From: a cyanobacterium endosymbiont of Braarudosphaera bigelowii
GTDB taxonomy: Bacteria > Cyanobacteriota > Cyanobacteriia > Cyanobacteriales > Microcystaceae
Assembly: GCF_020885515.1 (NCBI RefSeq)
Contig: NZ_AP024987.1
Location: 660,001 to 692,000 of the forward strand
Direction: 5' to 3'
DNA length: 32,000 bases
In this document: in pieces, positions 1-10,211 of the stretch
How the letters are laid out: each line of letters starts with the position of its first letter
How positions within the stretch are numbered: the stretch's first letter is position 1
Program-made: the position numbers and the translations under genes
The notes under the pieces: generated by a model
The model's input: the letters and a program-made list of their open reading frames with translations, nothing else
Database searches by the model: none
What the model was told of the DNA's origin: nothing

Positions 1-1079
1 AGTTAAGTAAAATTTTATTTGAAAAGTTACAGCTAAGTACTAAAAAATCTAAAAAAATAATAACTGGATATTCAACTGATCATGCTACTTTAGAAAAATT
101 AAAAGGCGATCATTCAATTATTGATCATCTTTTAGAATACAGGACTTTATCTAAATTACAATCAACTTATATTGATACTTTACCAATACTAGTCGATAGG
201 AAAACATGTCGAATACATACTAGTTTCAATCAATCTATTACTGCAACGGGAAGATTATCTTCCTCCAATCCAAATTTACAAAATATTCCTATTAGAACTG
301 AATTATCCCGTAAGATTAGAAAAGCCTTTATTCCTCCTAAAGAATGGTTATTAGTTTCAGCAGACTATTCACAAATTGAATTAAGAATTTTAGCTTATTT
401 AAGTCAAGAACCTTTACTAGTAAACGCTTATTGCAACTATCAAGATATTCATACTGTTACAGCACAGTTATTATTCGATAAAAAAGAAATTACGACAGAG
501 GAAAGAAATTTAGGAAAAACTATTAATTTTGGTGTTATTTATGGAATGGGTTCACAAAGGTTTGCAAGAGAAGCAGGCGTAACAATAGCTAAAGGAAAAG
601 ATTTTATTAAAAAGTATCATGAACGATATACAAAAGTATTTGAGTTCCTTGAAAATGTAAAAATAGAAGCTATCACAAAGGGATACGTCACAACAATATT
701 AGGAAGAAGACGTTATTTTAACTTTTATAGTGATAGTTTGCGCAATTTATATGGATGTGACTCTAGTAAAATCAATTTAGAGGAACTAAAGTATAGTTAT
801 AAAGATTCTCAACTATTGAGAGCTGCTGCTAATGCTCCAATACAAGGTTCAAGTGCCGATATTATTAAAGTTGCAATGATTAAAATAGAGAAACTGTTAA
901 AAAATTATCAAGCTAAATTACTATTACAAGTTCATGATGAGTTAGTATTCGAGATACCTCTCGAAGAACTAGAAGAATTAAAGAATAAGATAAAACAAAT
1001 TATGGAAAAATCTGTGGATTTAACTATTCCCTTGCTGGTAGAAGTAAAATCTGGAGTTAATTGGATGGAGGCTAAATAG
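1..1079 (+). CDS. polA: DNA polymerase I, C-terminal part (5' end lies outside the window)
   Basis: Frame is open from base 3 and continues upstream of the ATG at 546. Translation includes TGRLSSSNPNLQNIPIRTELSRKIRKAF, VSADYSQIELRILAYLS, GKTINFGVIYGMG and LLQVHDELVFE, the family A polymerase motifs. Stop TAG 1077-1079. Confidence 0.96.
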   Translation, partial: LSKILFEKLQLSTKKSKKIITGYSTDHATLEKLKGDHSIIDHLLEYRTLSKLQSTYIDTLPILVDRKTCRIHTSFNQSITATGRLSSSNPNLQNIPIRTELSRKIRKAFIPPKEWLLVSADYSQIELRILAYLSQEPLLVNAYCNYQDIHTVTAQLLFDKKEITTEERNLGKTINFGVIYGMGSQRFAREAGVTIAKGKDFIKKYHERYTKVFEFLENVKIEAITKGYVTTILGRRRYFNFYSDSLRNLYGCDSSKINLEELKYSYKDSQLLRAAANAPIQGSSADIIKVAMIKIEKLLKNYQAKLLLQVHDELVFEIPLEELEELKNKIKQIMEKSVDLTIPLLVEVKSGVNWMEAK

Positions 1080-1429
1080 ATTCAACTACTATACTACAAA
1101 ATATAGTTTTACTTAAAATCTTCAATATACAAGATAAGGAATTTAAAACAGAAAGAGGTTTATTAGTTTTTATTAATAGTAAATAACAATGATATTGTTT
1201 ACTTAAGTTATATTAAGCTTTAAAATAAACTTGTAAAATACATTTCTAAAAATTAATAAGTGTACACCATCTAACTTTAACAAAACAGTTTAATCTTAAT
1301 ATATAGTTGTTTAGATTACTAATAATATAAAGTTAGATTGTTAAACAGTTAATTTAAAAAAATTTCTATGTATTTTAAATTTCTTTAACTTTTCACAATA
1401 AAAGAGTTAATCATAGGTAACTATCATAT

Positions 1430-2041
1430 ATGTTAGGACAAGACTGGTTAGTAAAAAATAATGGTAAGTTAATATCGCTTAATTCACCTCGAGATTGGGA
1501 TTTATTAAACCCGTCTTCTCCTTATCGACTATATCAGTTTTTAATAGAGCTAGATAATATAATGAGTGACGTTGATAGAGGAAAGGAAATTGAAGAGAAA
1601 TATCTCTTAAGATTGAGACATTTAACCAGAAAGTTAATAGTTAATACTCCTTGGATTAGCAATAATCTATCCACCTCTAATATATCAGCACTATATGATG
1701 AGCCAGGTTATCCATACACTCTTCAGAGAGAAATTATGCTTCCTGGTAGTAGTACATTTATTCATAATCATGGAACTTGGGCAATTGTAGCAACATTACA
1801 AGGAATGCAAAAAAATATTTTATGGGAACCTTTTCCAGCTCTAGAATATCCCCATAAAATTAGAAAAACTTATGAAAAAGTTTTTCAACCTGGGGATATC
1901 GTAAGTTTTACAAATGATGCCATTCATTCTGTTGAAGCTGTAGGTGAGGAACCAAGTGTTACTTTAAATATTTATGGAGAAACTGATGCATTGAAGAGAT
2001 TAAAATTTGATATTGATCATAATTGTTCTTATCGCTTTTAG
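1430..2041 (+). CDS. Cupin-fold protein (cysteine dioxygenase-like)
   Basis: 203-aa ORF with a HNHGTWAIV metal-binding cupin motif, a later NDAIHSVEA His motif and PGDIVSF. Intact. Confidence 0.7.
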   Translation: MLGQDWLVKNNGKLISLNSPRDWDLLNPSSPYRLYQFLIELDNIMSDVDRGKEIEEKYLLRLRHLTRKLIVNTPWISNNLSTSNISALYDEPGYPYTLQREIMLPGSSTFIHNHGTWAIVATLQGMQKNILWEPFPALEYPHKIRKTYEKVFQPGDIVSFTNDAIHSVEAVGEEPSVTLNIYGETDALKRLKFDIDHNCSYRF

Positions 2042-2052
2042 AAGGTTTCTAA

Positions 2053-2259
2053 CTATAGTATTTTTTTAAATTTATCAAAATATAAAGGTACTGCAACAAG
2101 ACTTAACTTTAATATCCATGGAGCAAGTACGAGAGTTATAAATAATGATAATAATGCAAGACATCCCATAGAAACTTTAACTATATCTTCTTTTAGATTG
2201 AGACTCAAAAAAGCAGACATTGAAGCAATACCTAAGGTAATTAAAGAAGTGACTAACAT
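2053..2259 (-). CDS. Small conserved-type membrane protein of unknown function
   Basis: 68-aa ORF with two hydrophobic segments, convergent with and 11 nt from the cupin gene. Confidence 0.5.
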   Translation of the reverse strand: MLVTSLITLGIASMSAFLSLNLKEDIVKVSMGCLALLSLFITLVLAPWILKLSLVAVPLYFDKFKKIL

Positions 2260-2607
2260 TTTTTATGCTACCTCATAGTTACTTGTAGTATTGAAAGCTT
2301 TCGATTAAGAAAAATCTGATTTGTAGCTTTTTTAAACATAGTTATTTTTTAAGGCACCATGCAGTGCTAATAAATAGTTCTTATGCTAGTAACGCTACAC
2401 AATTCTTAATACAAGTGTCAAGTTAAAGTATGAATATAGTTTAGATACTTATAAATAGAAAAAAAATTGTACTTTCATATCTCAATTAATTTTTTAAGGT
2501 CTTTGTCATACTAACTATTAGAGCTAAAGTTGAATCAATTTTACTAATATCGAATATTAACCATTTTGTTTTTTAGAATGTTGTATTTAATAAAAAGTAG
2601 TTTGTAT

Positions 2608-2636
2608 TTTATGATTGATTTCCAGTCAATCATAAA
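2608..2636 (-). terminator. Hairpin overlapping the ribE stop codon
   Basis: TTTATGATTGA - TTTCCAG - TCAATCATAAA, 11-bp perfect stem, 7-nt loop. No clear U-tract. Confidence 0.35.
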
Positions 2637-3325
2637 TATCCTTGCTTTACTAAAAAATCTGAACTGATATCTGAATTAATGTTAGATTTTTTAGATATTA
2701 AAGTTTTACTGATAAATTTCTCTACATATTTGCCTAAAATATCTCCTTCAATATTTACTAAATCACCAGGTTTTAGATAACAGAGATTAGTATGTGTATA
2801 GGTATGAGGTATTACTGCAATTGTAAACCAAGTTCCTGATAGATCACATTCAGCTATAGTCAAACTGATACCATTAACAGCTATACTTCCTTTTGTAATC
2901 AAATATGGTTGAATAAAATCAGACCATTCTTGGACTCTTGAATACGGAGCTGCAAAAGTTAGTTCCCAAGCTTTATTAGTGGGAGTGCAACTTACTAAAG
3001 AGCCTATTCCGTCTACGTGACCAGTAACAAAGTGACCACCTAATTTGCTCCCTACACATAATGAAGACTCTAAATTAACATAATTGGTAGTTTTTACTTT
3101 TTGAGATAAATTAGTTCTTTGTAAAGTTTCAGAAGAAACAGTGGCGATAAAACCATCTTCTGTTAAGTTTTCTGCCGTTAAACATACACCATCTACAGCT
3201 ATGCTATCTCCTATTGATAAAGTGGATAAAATACTTGTAGTAGAGGGTTTTAAAACGGTAAGAATAAAACGATTAGATTCAAGAGAATCCATCATACCAA
3301 GATTTTCAATCAAACCAGTAAACAT
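2630..3325 (-). CDS. ribE: Riboflavin synthase, alpha subunit
   Basis: Starts MFTGLIE; internally duplicated lumazine-binding domains; VDGVCLTAE, GGHFVTGHVDG, VNGISLT motifs. Confidence 0.95.
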   Translation of the reverse strand: MFTGLIENLGMMDSLESNRFILTVLKPSTTSILSTLSIGDSIAVDGVCLTAENLTEDGFIATVSSETLQRTNLSQKVKTTNYVNLESSLCVGSKLGGHFVTGHVDGIGSLVSCTPTNKAWELTFAAPYSRVQEWSDFIQPYLITKGSIAVNGISLTIAECDLSGTWFTIAVIPHTYTHTNLCYLKPGDLVNIEGDILGKYVEKFISKTLISKKSNINSDISSDFLVKQGYL

Positions 3326-3751
3326 TTCTGTAATTATTAAAAAAGTTATCTATATTTTGATATGTAGTACGAATATAACTTATTATCCCAAAAAAAGTAT
3401 TCAACTATTATTAGGTTCATTAATTAGCTCAAATAAATCTAGTATGTATTATGAAAAATATGTATATCACAATTATTAGATAATCTTCATTATGAACTAT
3501 GAAATTTTTCAAACAAATAACTCAGTTTTAAGTATTTCTTAATTAGAAAATATTCAGTGTAAGATTAAATTATTTTCCAATCATATATAAACAACTAAAA
3601 CGGTTCTAAATGTTAATAATAAATACTCTAGATAGCAGAATGTTTACTTATATTTCTATACTATAAGTATAGTTTACTGATTTAAGAGAAATGTCTATAT
3701 TAATCTATAGAATAAAGATTTGAAGATACATGGTTGTATATATGATTCCCG

Positions 3752-5020
3752 TTAAGTAATTTGTTTTTTCTTTATTCTTTTTCCAATTACGTTAGCATCT
3801 ATATTGTAATAACTTGCTGCTTGTGAATTATTAAAGCTTAATCTCTCTTCATCCTTTAACCTGTATCGAACAACTGGTTTAATAGGTAATATATCTAAAG
3901 CTTTAATAATTTCTTTGGCGATAGCTCTTGCTAATAAAGGGGGTACTGAATTACCAACTTGTCGAAATCCATGCCACTTAGTCACATGAAATCTAAACCA
4001 ATCAGGATAAGAATGCAATCTTGCAGCTTCTCTGACAGTAATACATCTAGGAGTAAAGGGATGAATAGGTCGAGGAGATGTGTATGATCCTCTATTACTA
4101 GGTGTTCCAGCTCTTAAAGTATTACAAAAACCTTCTGGGTGCAATTTGAAAAATCTGCTAATAGGTTCCTTTTGACCTTGAGGGGTTTTTTGAAATCTTT
4201 CAATCAATTTTTTTGTGTGCTTTGTTCTTAAACTGGAAGTTAAAAGATTCTTATCATATATTCTTTGATAAGAAAAATTATCACTGGAGTTAAGAATACT
4301 TTGAACATAATCATTATGTTCAAAGTAGTTAACTTTAATCCAATCCTTGTAGTTTAGCTCTGGATAATAGTTAACTTCAGGTAAATTACTGATAGCTTGA
4401 CTTACTGTTGGAGTAAAAGGAATAGTGAAATTTACGTTTCTTTCGTAATTAGTCAAAAATTGAGGATATTTAGGAAGAGGTAAATTTGATTTTGCTCCTA
4501 GAAGAAAAAGTCTTTTTCTTATTTGTGGAACTCCGTAGTTAGCAGAATTCAATATTCTATAATTTGTTTGGATCTGATAATTATTGGCATTGAATTTATT
4601 AAATATTTCTTCTAAGAATATTTGATTATTTTTCGTAGCCATACCAGGAACATTTTCAATTACAAAGTACTTAGGCTGTAATTCTAGAACTAAGCGAATA
4701 AAATGTTTAACTAAATCATTACGACTATCTTTTGGATCTCGTTTACCTATCGAAGAAAAACCTTGACAAGGTGGACCGCCAAAAACAACATCAATATCCC
4801 TATCTCCAATATGAGATAAATTTTTAATTGTCATAGCATTTATTATAGAAACATCAGAACATATAGTTGTCCAAAATGGAAAATTATATTGATGAACAGC
4901 ACAGTGAATTGGATCAATTTCTATAGCTCCTAAAACATCAAATCCAGCTTGTTCAAAACCAAGTGTCATTCCTCCCACACCGGCGAATAAGTCAATAGCA
5001 ATAGGACGTTTTTGATTCAT
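3752..5020 (-). CDS. DNA (cytosine-5)-methyltransferase, solitary
   Basis: Motif I DLFAGVGGMTLGFEQAG, motif IV GGPPCQGFS, motif VI ENVPG, motif VIII-like QIRKRLFLLG, motif X GNSVPP all intact. No restriction endonuclease gene adjacent. Confidence 0.95.
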   Translation of the reverse strand: MNQKRPIAIDLFAGVGGMTLGFEQAGFDVLGAIEIDPIHCAVHQYNFPFWTTICSDVSIINAMTIKNLSHIGDRDIDVVFGGPPCQGFSSIGKRDPKDSRNDLVKHFIRLVLELQPKYFVIENVPGMATKNNQIFLEEIFNKFNANNYQIQTNYRILNSANYGVPQIRKRLFLLGAKSNLPLPKYPQFLTNYERNVNFTIPFTPTVSQAISNLPEVNYYPELNYKDWIKVNYFEHNDYVQSILNSSDNFSYQRIYDKNLLTSSLRTKHTKKLIERFQKTPQGQKEPISRFFKLHPEGFCNTLRAGTPSNRGSYTSPRPIHPFTPRCITVREAARLHSYPDWFRFHVTKWHGFRQVGNSVPPLLARAIAKEIIKALDILPIKPVVRYRLKDEERLSFNNSQAASYYNIDANVIGKRIKKKQIT

Positions 5021-5208
5021 ATAATTATTCTGATAATGTAGAAAAATTAATATTGATAAGTTAGTCTAAATCAATTTTTATATTTTTAGTAATTATATTG
5101 AACATAAAAACTATTAATCTATTAAAGTTTTTTAGTAAATTGATATCTTGAATAGGTTAACAGGAAAATTTTTGGGATATATACCTTAGAGTTATTTCAA
5201 TAAATAAA

Positions 5209-6459
5209 TTATCCATCTTCTAATAATCTATTTTTTTCTTTTAAAAATTTAATTGCTTCCTGATACTGTATGTCTTTTACTGTTGCAATCTCATCATAAG
5301 TAAGTGGCCCTTCTGAAATAAATCTATCCGGTTGAATACCTAATTTATGAATATTTCTATGATTAGGAGTTTCGTATCTAGCTACAGTAATAGCTAAGCT
5401 AGAATTATCAGACAATTCAAATAAAGATTGAATTAGACCTTTCCCAAAAGTTCTTTCACCCAACAATATTGCTCTTTTGCTATCTTGTAAAGCTCCTGCC
5501 AGGATTTCACTAGAACTTGCAGTACCTTTGTTAACCAATAAAACTAATGGAGCATTTGTTAATGGTGTTCCAAAAGAACTAAAACTATCCTGAATACCTT
5601 GACGATTGATAGTATAAACTATCGTCCCTTTATTCATCCATAGACGAGCAATATCAATTCCGCCTTGTAAAAGTCCTCCGGGATTATCTCTTAAATCCAA
5701 AATATAAGATTTTGCACCTTCTTTCCTAAGCTTCTCAATGGCCTTTTTCATTTCTTCAGCAGCATTTGCACTAAATTTATCTAAACGAATATAACCAATA
5801 AATAAATTAGGTAAAGTTTTTTCTATATTGACTATTAAAGGACTTAAAGATATATGCTTACGAATAATCTTATTTTGATATATTTTTTTATCTTGAGAAG
5901 AAAATATAGTTAAAGTAATTTCTGTACCAATTGGTCCGCGCATTTTTTCAGCAGCTTGATCTAAGGTTAAGCTATTAGTACTGATACCGTCAATTTCTAG
6001 AACCAAATCATGTGATCTAATACCAGCAAAATATGCAGGAGAGTTTTTAAGAGAAGAGACAACTTCTAAGTCGCCAGTTTTAGAATTAACTTGAATTCGT
6101 AAACCTACTCCTAATAATTCTCCTGAAGTCTCAATTTGTAGGTTATGGTATTGTTCTGGCCTCAGTAAACGAGTAAAAGGTTCGTCAAGTGTGATTAGCA
6201 TTTCATCAATTGCCTTATAAGTATCTTCTCGTGTCTTGAGAGAATACTTTAATAAATCTTGTCTTACTAAATGCCAATTTTGATGATTAAAAGTGTCATC
6301 TAAATAAGATGTGTTCAGTAAATCCCAAGATTCTAATAATAATTTTTGATTTTTAGTGAGAGCATAAGCATCGGCAGTTAAAATAAAGTAACTATAAAGA
6401 ATTAGAGTAACAAAAAAAAATATAAATTTAGAAAAATTTCCTTTCATAAGATCAGTCAA
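5209..6459 (-). CDS. ctpA: Carboxyl-terminal processing protease (S41, CtpA type), PDZ domain
   Basis: N-terminal hydrophobic signal, PDZ-like VVSSLKNSPAYFAGIRSHDLVLEIDG, catalytic GTASSSEILAGALQD and TFGKGLIQ. Overall sequence most resembles the cyanobacterial CtpA paralogue (recalled knowledge). Confidence 0.88.
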   Translation of the reverse strand: MTDLMKGNFSKFIFFFVTLILYSYFILTADAYALTKNQKLLLESWDLLNTSYLDDTFNHQNWHLVRQDLLKYSLKTREDTYKAIDEMLITLDEPFTRLLRPEQYHNLQIETSGELLGVGLRIQVNSKTGDLEVVSSLKNSPAYFAGIRSHDLVLEIDGISTNSLTLDQAAEKMRGPIGTEITLTIFSSQDKKIYQNKIIRKHISLSPLIVNIEKTLPNLFIGYIRLDKFSANAAEEMKKAIEKLRKEGAKSYILDLRDNPGGLLQGGIDIARLWMNKGTIVYTINRQGIQDSFSSFGTPLTNAPLVLLVNKGTASSSEILAGALQDSKRAILLGERTFGKGLIQSLFELSDNSSLAITVARYETPNHRNIHKLGIQPDRFISEGPLTYDEIATVKDIQYQEAIKFLKEKNRLLEDG

Positions 6460-6886
6460 AACAAAGTTTTTAGATGTAGAAAATATATTTTAACCTGGCC
6501 AAAAAATATTATAATTAAAATATCGTATTAATAAATATTGCTTGGACTTATTGTTATTCATACGATAGTAAAGATGCAACAATCCTAATTTAGAATAATA
6601 TTCTTTTATCAGAATAAAAGGCTACTATTGATTAACTAAGCTTATAAAAATTTGAAATAAATACTAATATTTATGTCTATGCTCAAGTTTCGTTGCAATA
6701 TAATCTATTGTAAGACTTTATCGTTACTATTCATCCATTATGTAAAAACTAAAATACTATCTTAAATAAAAACTCTATAATTTTATTCACTAGTTTTACA
6801 TACTATATAAACTAGAATAAATTTTATTTTATAGAATATGGTAGATATAATAAGATCTATAAACTTTTGAGAGAAGAGATTAGAAA

Positions 6887-7777
6887 GTGTCAATTAATTT
6901 TCAGGAAATTATTACAAAATTGAGTAATTTTTGGAGTAGCTATGGTTGTCTAATTTTACAGCCTTATGATATTGAAAAAGGTGCAGGAACTATGAATCCT
7001 AGTACATTTCTTAGAGCTATTGGTCCAGAACCCTGGTCAGTAGCATATGTGGAACCTTGTCGCCGTCCAACAGATGGTCGTTACGGCAAAAATCCTAACC
7101 GTTTTCAATATTATTTTCAGTACCAGGTGTTAATTAAGCCGTCTCTAGATAATATTCAAGAAGTCTATTTGGAATCTCTTAAAGCATTAGGTATTAAACC
7201 TCAAGATCATGATATTCGTTTTGTAGAAGATAATTGGGAATCGCCTACTTTAGGTGCATGGGGCGTGGGCTGGGAAGTATGGCTTGATGGGATGGAGGTT
7301 ACTCAATTTACTTACTTTCAACAATGTGGAGGAAAAGATTGTTATCCAACTCCTATAGAAATAACTTATGGCTTAGAAAGATTAGCAATGTATTTACAGG
7401 AGGTAGAGGTAATTACTGATATTCAATGGAATGAAAGTATCAACTATGGAGATATATTTCTACAAAGTGAAATAGAACAGTGCATATATAACTTTGAGGT
7501 ATCTAATTCTGATTTACTATTTCAATTATTCAACTTATATGAAAAAGAGGCTGAAAGATTAATTTCTAAAAAATTAGTTTCTCCTAGTTTAGACTATGTT
7601 TTAAAGTGTTCTCATTCATTTAATCTATTAGATGCTAGAGGAGTAATTTCAGTAGCAGAAAGAACTCTTTATATAGCTCGCATTCGTTCTTTAGCTAAAG
7701 AAATTGCCGACTTATACTTGGAGCAGAGAAGAAATCTTGATTTTCCTTTATTACATAAAGATATTAACTACTTTTAA
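6887..7777 (+). CDS. glyQ: Glycyl-tRNA synthetase alpha subunit (GTG start)
   Basis: [34 protein letters not shown]...[13 protein letters not shown], classic GlyQ. Confidence 0.97.
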   Translation: MSINFQEIITKLSNFWSSYGCLILQPYDIEKGAGTMNPSTFLRAIGPEPWSVAYVEPCRRPTDGRYGKNPNRFQYYFQYQVLIKPSLDNIQEVYLESLKALGIKPQDHDIRFVEDNWESPTLGAWGVGWEVWLDGMEVTQFTYFQQCGGKDCYPTPIEITYGLERLAMYLQEVEVITDIQWNESINYGDIFLQSEIEQCIYNFEVSNSDLLFQLFNLYEKEAERLISKKLVSPSLDYVLKCSHSFNLLDARGVISVAERTLYIARIRSLAKEIADLYLEQRRNLDFPLLHKDINYF

Positions 7778-7941
7778 CAGGATATTGACTTATAAAATCT
7801 TATTAATAAAATTGTAGAATACAATTACTCTTTATTAAAAAATAAAGTGTTCATAGTCAATAAATTATATATAGGCAATACCTCAACACTTAAATAAACT
7901 AATAATAATGGTTTTCAAGAATTAAAAAAATTTCTGAATAA

Positions 7942-8580
7942 TTACTTCCCTCGAATTGTAGAGTAGAGAGAAAGCTTCACAACTTTAGCTAACCCATTTT
8001 TTTGTTCTACTTTCTTCAAATTTTTAATTTTAGTTTCCAATTCTTTTACTACACTGGAATATTCCCAAATCTTACGTTGATTAGTTAAAATAGTAATACT
8101 TTTATAAGTTAAATTTGTTCCGTTTTTTTGTTTGTAATCATCAGCATGGTTCGTAATATCTTTTTTTAAAATTTCTTTTTCTTTTTCTAATTTATCTATT
8201 AAATTGCATATTTCTAAATATCTATCAATTTTTTGATGAAATGATAAGGATATAGAGTTAGGTATCTTTTCAGTATCTATTTGATTTTTATCTTGATTCC
8301 GAAAAGGTGTATAGAAAATAAGATACTCTGCTTCTATGTCTTCTAATTCTGTCTGATTACAAAGCAAGTAGTGGATTTTGTAGATATTATTTTGATACAA
8401 ATTTGATAAATCATAATTTAATAAATATTGCTTAAGATTCGTAGATTTGCTTACATAATATACATATCCAGATTTATTAGCCATTAAACAAATACCTATT
8501 TTTTCTGGTAATTTAGTTAAATTATCTAAGCTAACTGCTTTTAAATCTTCTAATAAAGGTAAATTTTGTAAGTTAGACAT
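7942..8580 (-). CDS. Degenerate GIY-YIG-like protein with C-terminal coiled coil
   Basis: Track ORF is 7942..8619, but an internal ATG at 8580 is preceded by GGAG (GACGGAGAAATTTTTATG) and is the better start. GICLMANKSGYVYYVSKSTNLKQ resembles a GIY-YIG core; long Lys/Glu-rich tail. Confidence 0.55.
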   Translation of the reverse strand: MSNLQNLPLLEDLKAVSLDNLTKLPEKIGICLMANKSGYVYYVSKSTNLKQYLLNYDLSNLYQNNIYKIHYLLCNQTELEDIEAEYLIFYTPFRNQDKNQIDTEKIPNSISLSFHQKIDRYLEICNLIDKLEKEKEILKKDITNHADDYKQKNGTNLTYKSITILTNQRKIWEYSSVVKELETKIKNLKKVEQKNGLAKVVKLSLYSTIRGK

Positions 8581-8665
8581 AAAAATTTCTCCGTCTTTCT
8601 TATAAAAGATAAAGTACAATTTAGAAAAATAATCATTAATATTAATAATACGATAATAAAAAATT

Positions 8666-10078
8666 ATGTTTGATGTTCTTAGTGATCGCTTAGAAGAAGC
8701 TTGGAAAAAACTACGTGGTCAAGATGCAATAACTCATACAAATATACAAGAAACTTTAAAAGAAGTTCGACGTGCTCTTTTAGAAGCAGACGTTAATTTA
8801 CAGGTAGTCAAAAATTTTATTATAGATGTTGAAAAATCTGCAATCGGTATAAAAGTCATTGGAGGAGTTAATCCTGGTCAACAGTTTATAAAAGTTGTTT
8901 ATGAAGAATTAGTAAAAGTTATGGGAGAAAGTGCTTCTCCTCTAGCTAGAGCAGAAAATAATCCTACAGTTATTTTAATGGTAGGTTTACAAGGAACTGG
9001 TAAAACAACTGCGACAGCAAAACTTGCTCACTATCTTAAAAAACAAAAACAAAGTTGTTTAATGGTTGCTGCAGATATATACCGTCCTGCAGCCATTGAT
9101 CAATTAAAAACACTAGGAGATCAAATTGAGATTCCAGTTTTTGAATTAGGTAATCAAGAAAACCCTGTTGATATCGCTATCCAAGGTGTTAATCGAGCAA
9201 AAGAAATGGACCTTGATGTAGTTATTATCGACACAGCAGGACGACTACAGGTTGATCAAGAAATGATGCTTGAATTGGCTCAAATAAAAGAAAGTATTAA
9301 TCCTGATGATACTTTACTAGTCGTAGATGCTATGACGGGTCAAGAAGCGGCTAATCTTGCTCAAGTTTTTCATGAGCAAATTAAAGTAACGGGCACAATA
9401 TTAACTAAGATGGATGGAGACACCAGAGGTGGAGCAGCCTTATCAGTTAGGCAGGTTTCAGGACAACCTATAAAGTTTGTTGGTGTTGGTGAAAAAATAG
9501 ATGCTTTGCAACTTTTTTATCCTGATCGAATGGCTTCTAGGATATTAAATATGGGAGATATCCTCACATTAGTGGAAAAAGCTCAGGAAGAAATTGATCT
9601 TTCTGATATGGAACAACTGCAATCGAAAATTCTAGATGCAAAATTCGACTTTAACGATTTTCTTAAACAAACGCGTCTAATGAAAAGCGTGGGATCATTT
9701 AGTAGTATTTTAAAAATGGTTCCAGGATTAAATAAAATTAACACCAAAGACATTGAAAAAGGAGAAAGTGAACTAAAACGTACTGAAGCTATGATCGGTT
9801 CTATGACATTGGAGGAACGAAAAAATCCAGATTTATTAGCAAAATCTCCAAGTCGTAGAAATCGTATTGCTAAAGGTTCAGGACACTCTGAAACTGAAAT
9901 TAGTAAACTAATCAAAAACTTTACTAGAATGCGTACAATGATGCAACAATTAGGAAAAGGTGGAATACCGGGAATGGGGAATGGAATACCAAGTATGGGA
10001 GATTTGTTTGGCCAAAAAGGAAACCAAAAGAAAAAAACGAAAAAAGTGAAAAAGAAAAAGGGTTTTGGAGATCTATAA
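8666..10078 (+). CDS. ffh: Signal recognition particle protein (SRP54)
   Basis: GLQGTGKTTATAKLA, DTAGRLQVD, TKMDGDTRGGAALS, Met-rich C-terminal M domain. Confidence 0.98.
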   Translation: MFDVLSDRLEEAWKKLRGQDAITHTNIQETLKEVRRALLEADVNLQVVKNFIIDVEKSAIGIKVIGGVNPGQQFIKVVYEELVKVMGESASPLARAENNPTVILMVGLQGTGKTTATAKLAHYLKKQKQSCLMVAADIYRPAAIDQLKTLGDQIEIPVFELGNQENPVDIAIQGVNRAKEMDLDVVIIDTAGRLQVDQEMMLELAQIKESINPDDTLLVVDAMTGQEAANLAQVFHEQIKVTGTILTKMDGDTRGGAALSVRQVSGQPIKFVGVGEKIDALQLFYPDRMASRILNMGDILTLVEKAQEEIDLSDMEQLQSKILDAKFDFNDFLKQTRLMKSVGSFSSILKMVPGLNKINTKDIEKGESELKRTEAMIGSMTLEERKNPDLLAKSPSRRNRIAKGSGHSETEISKLIKNFTRMRTMMQQLGKGGIPGMGNGIPSMGDLFGQKGNQKKKTKKVKKKKGFGDL

Positions 10079-10211
10079 ATTTTAGTTTTAGATATGAAGA
10101 AGTTCTTAAAATATTTAGTCTTTGATAAAAAAATAAGTTTATTTAAAAAAACATAGATAACTTAATTAAATATAAAGAGTGCATAATCAATTAAATAAAT
10201 TGATTCCATCA

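Noticed and set aside
3141-3479. 112-aa + strand ORF
   Set aside because: Mostly antisense to ribE, no family resemblance; shadow ORF.
9583-9915. 110-aa - strand ORF
   Set aside because: Entirely antisense inside ffh; low-complexity Ser/Leu/Phe-rich shadow translation.
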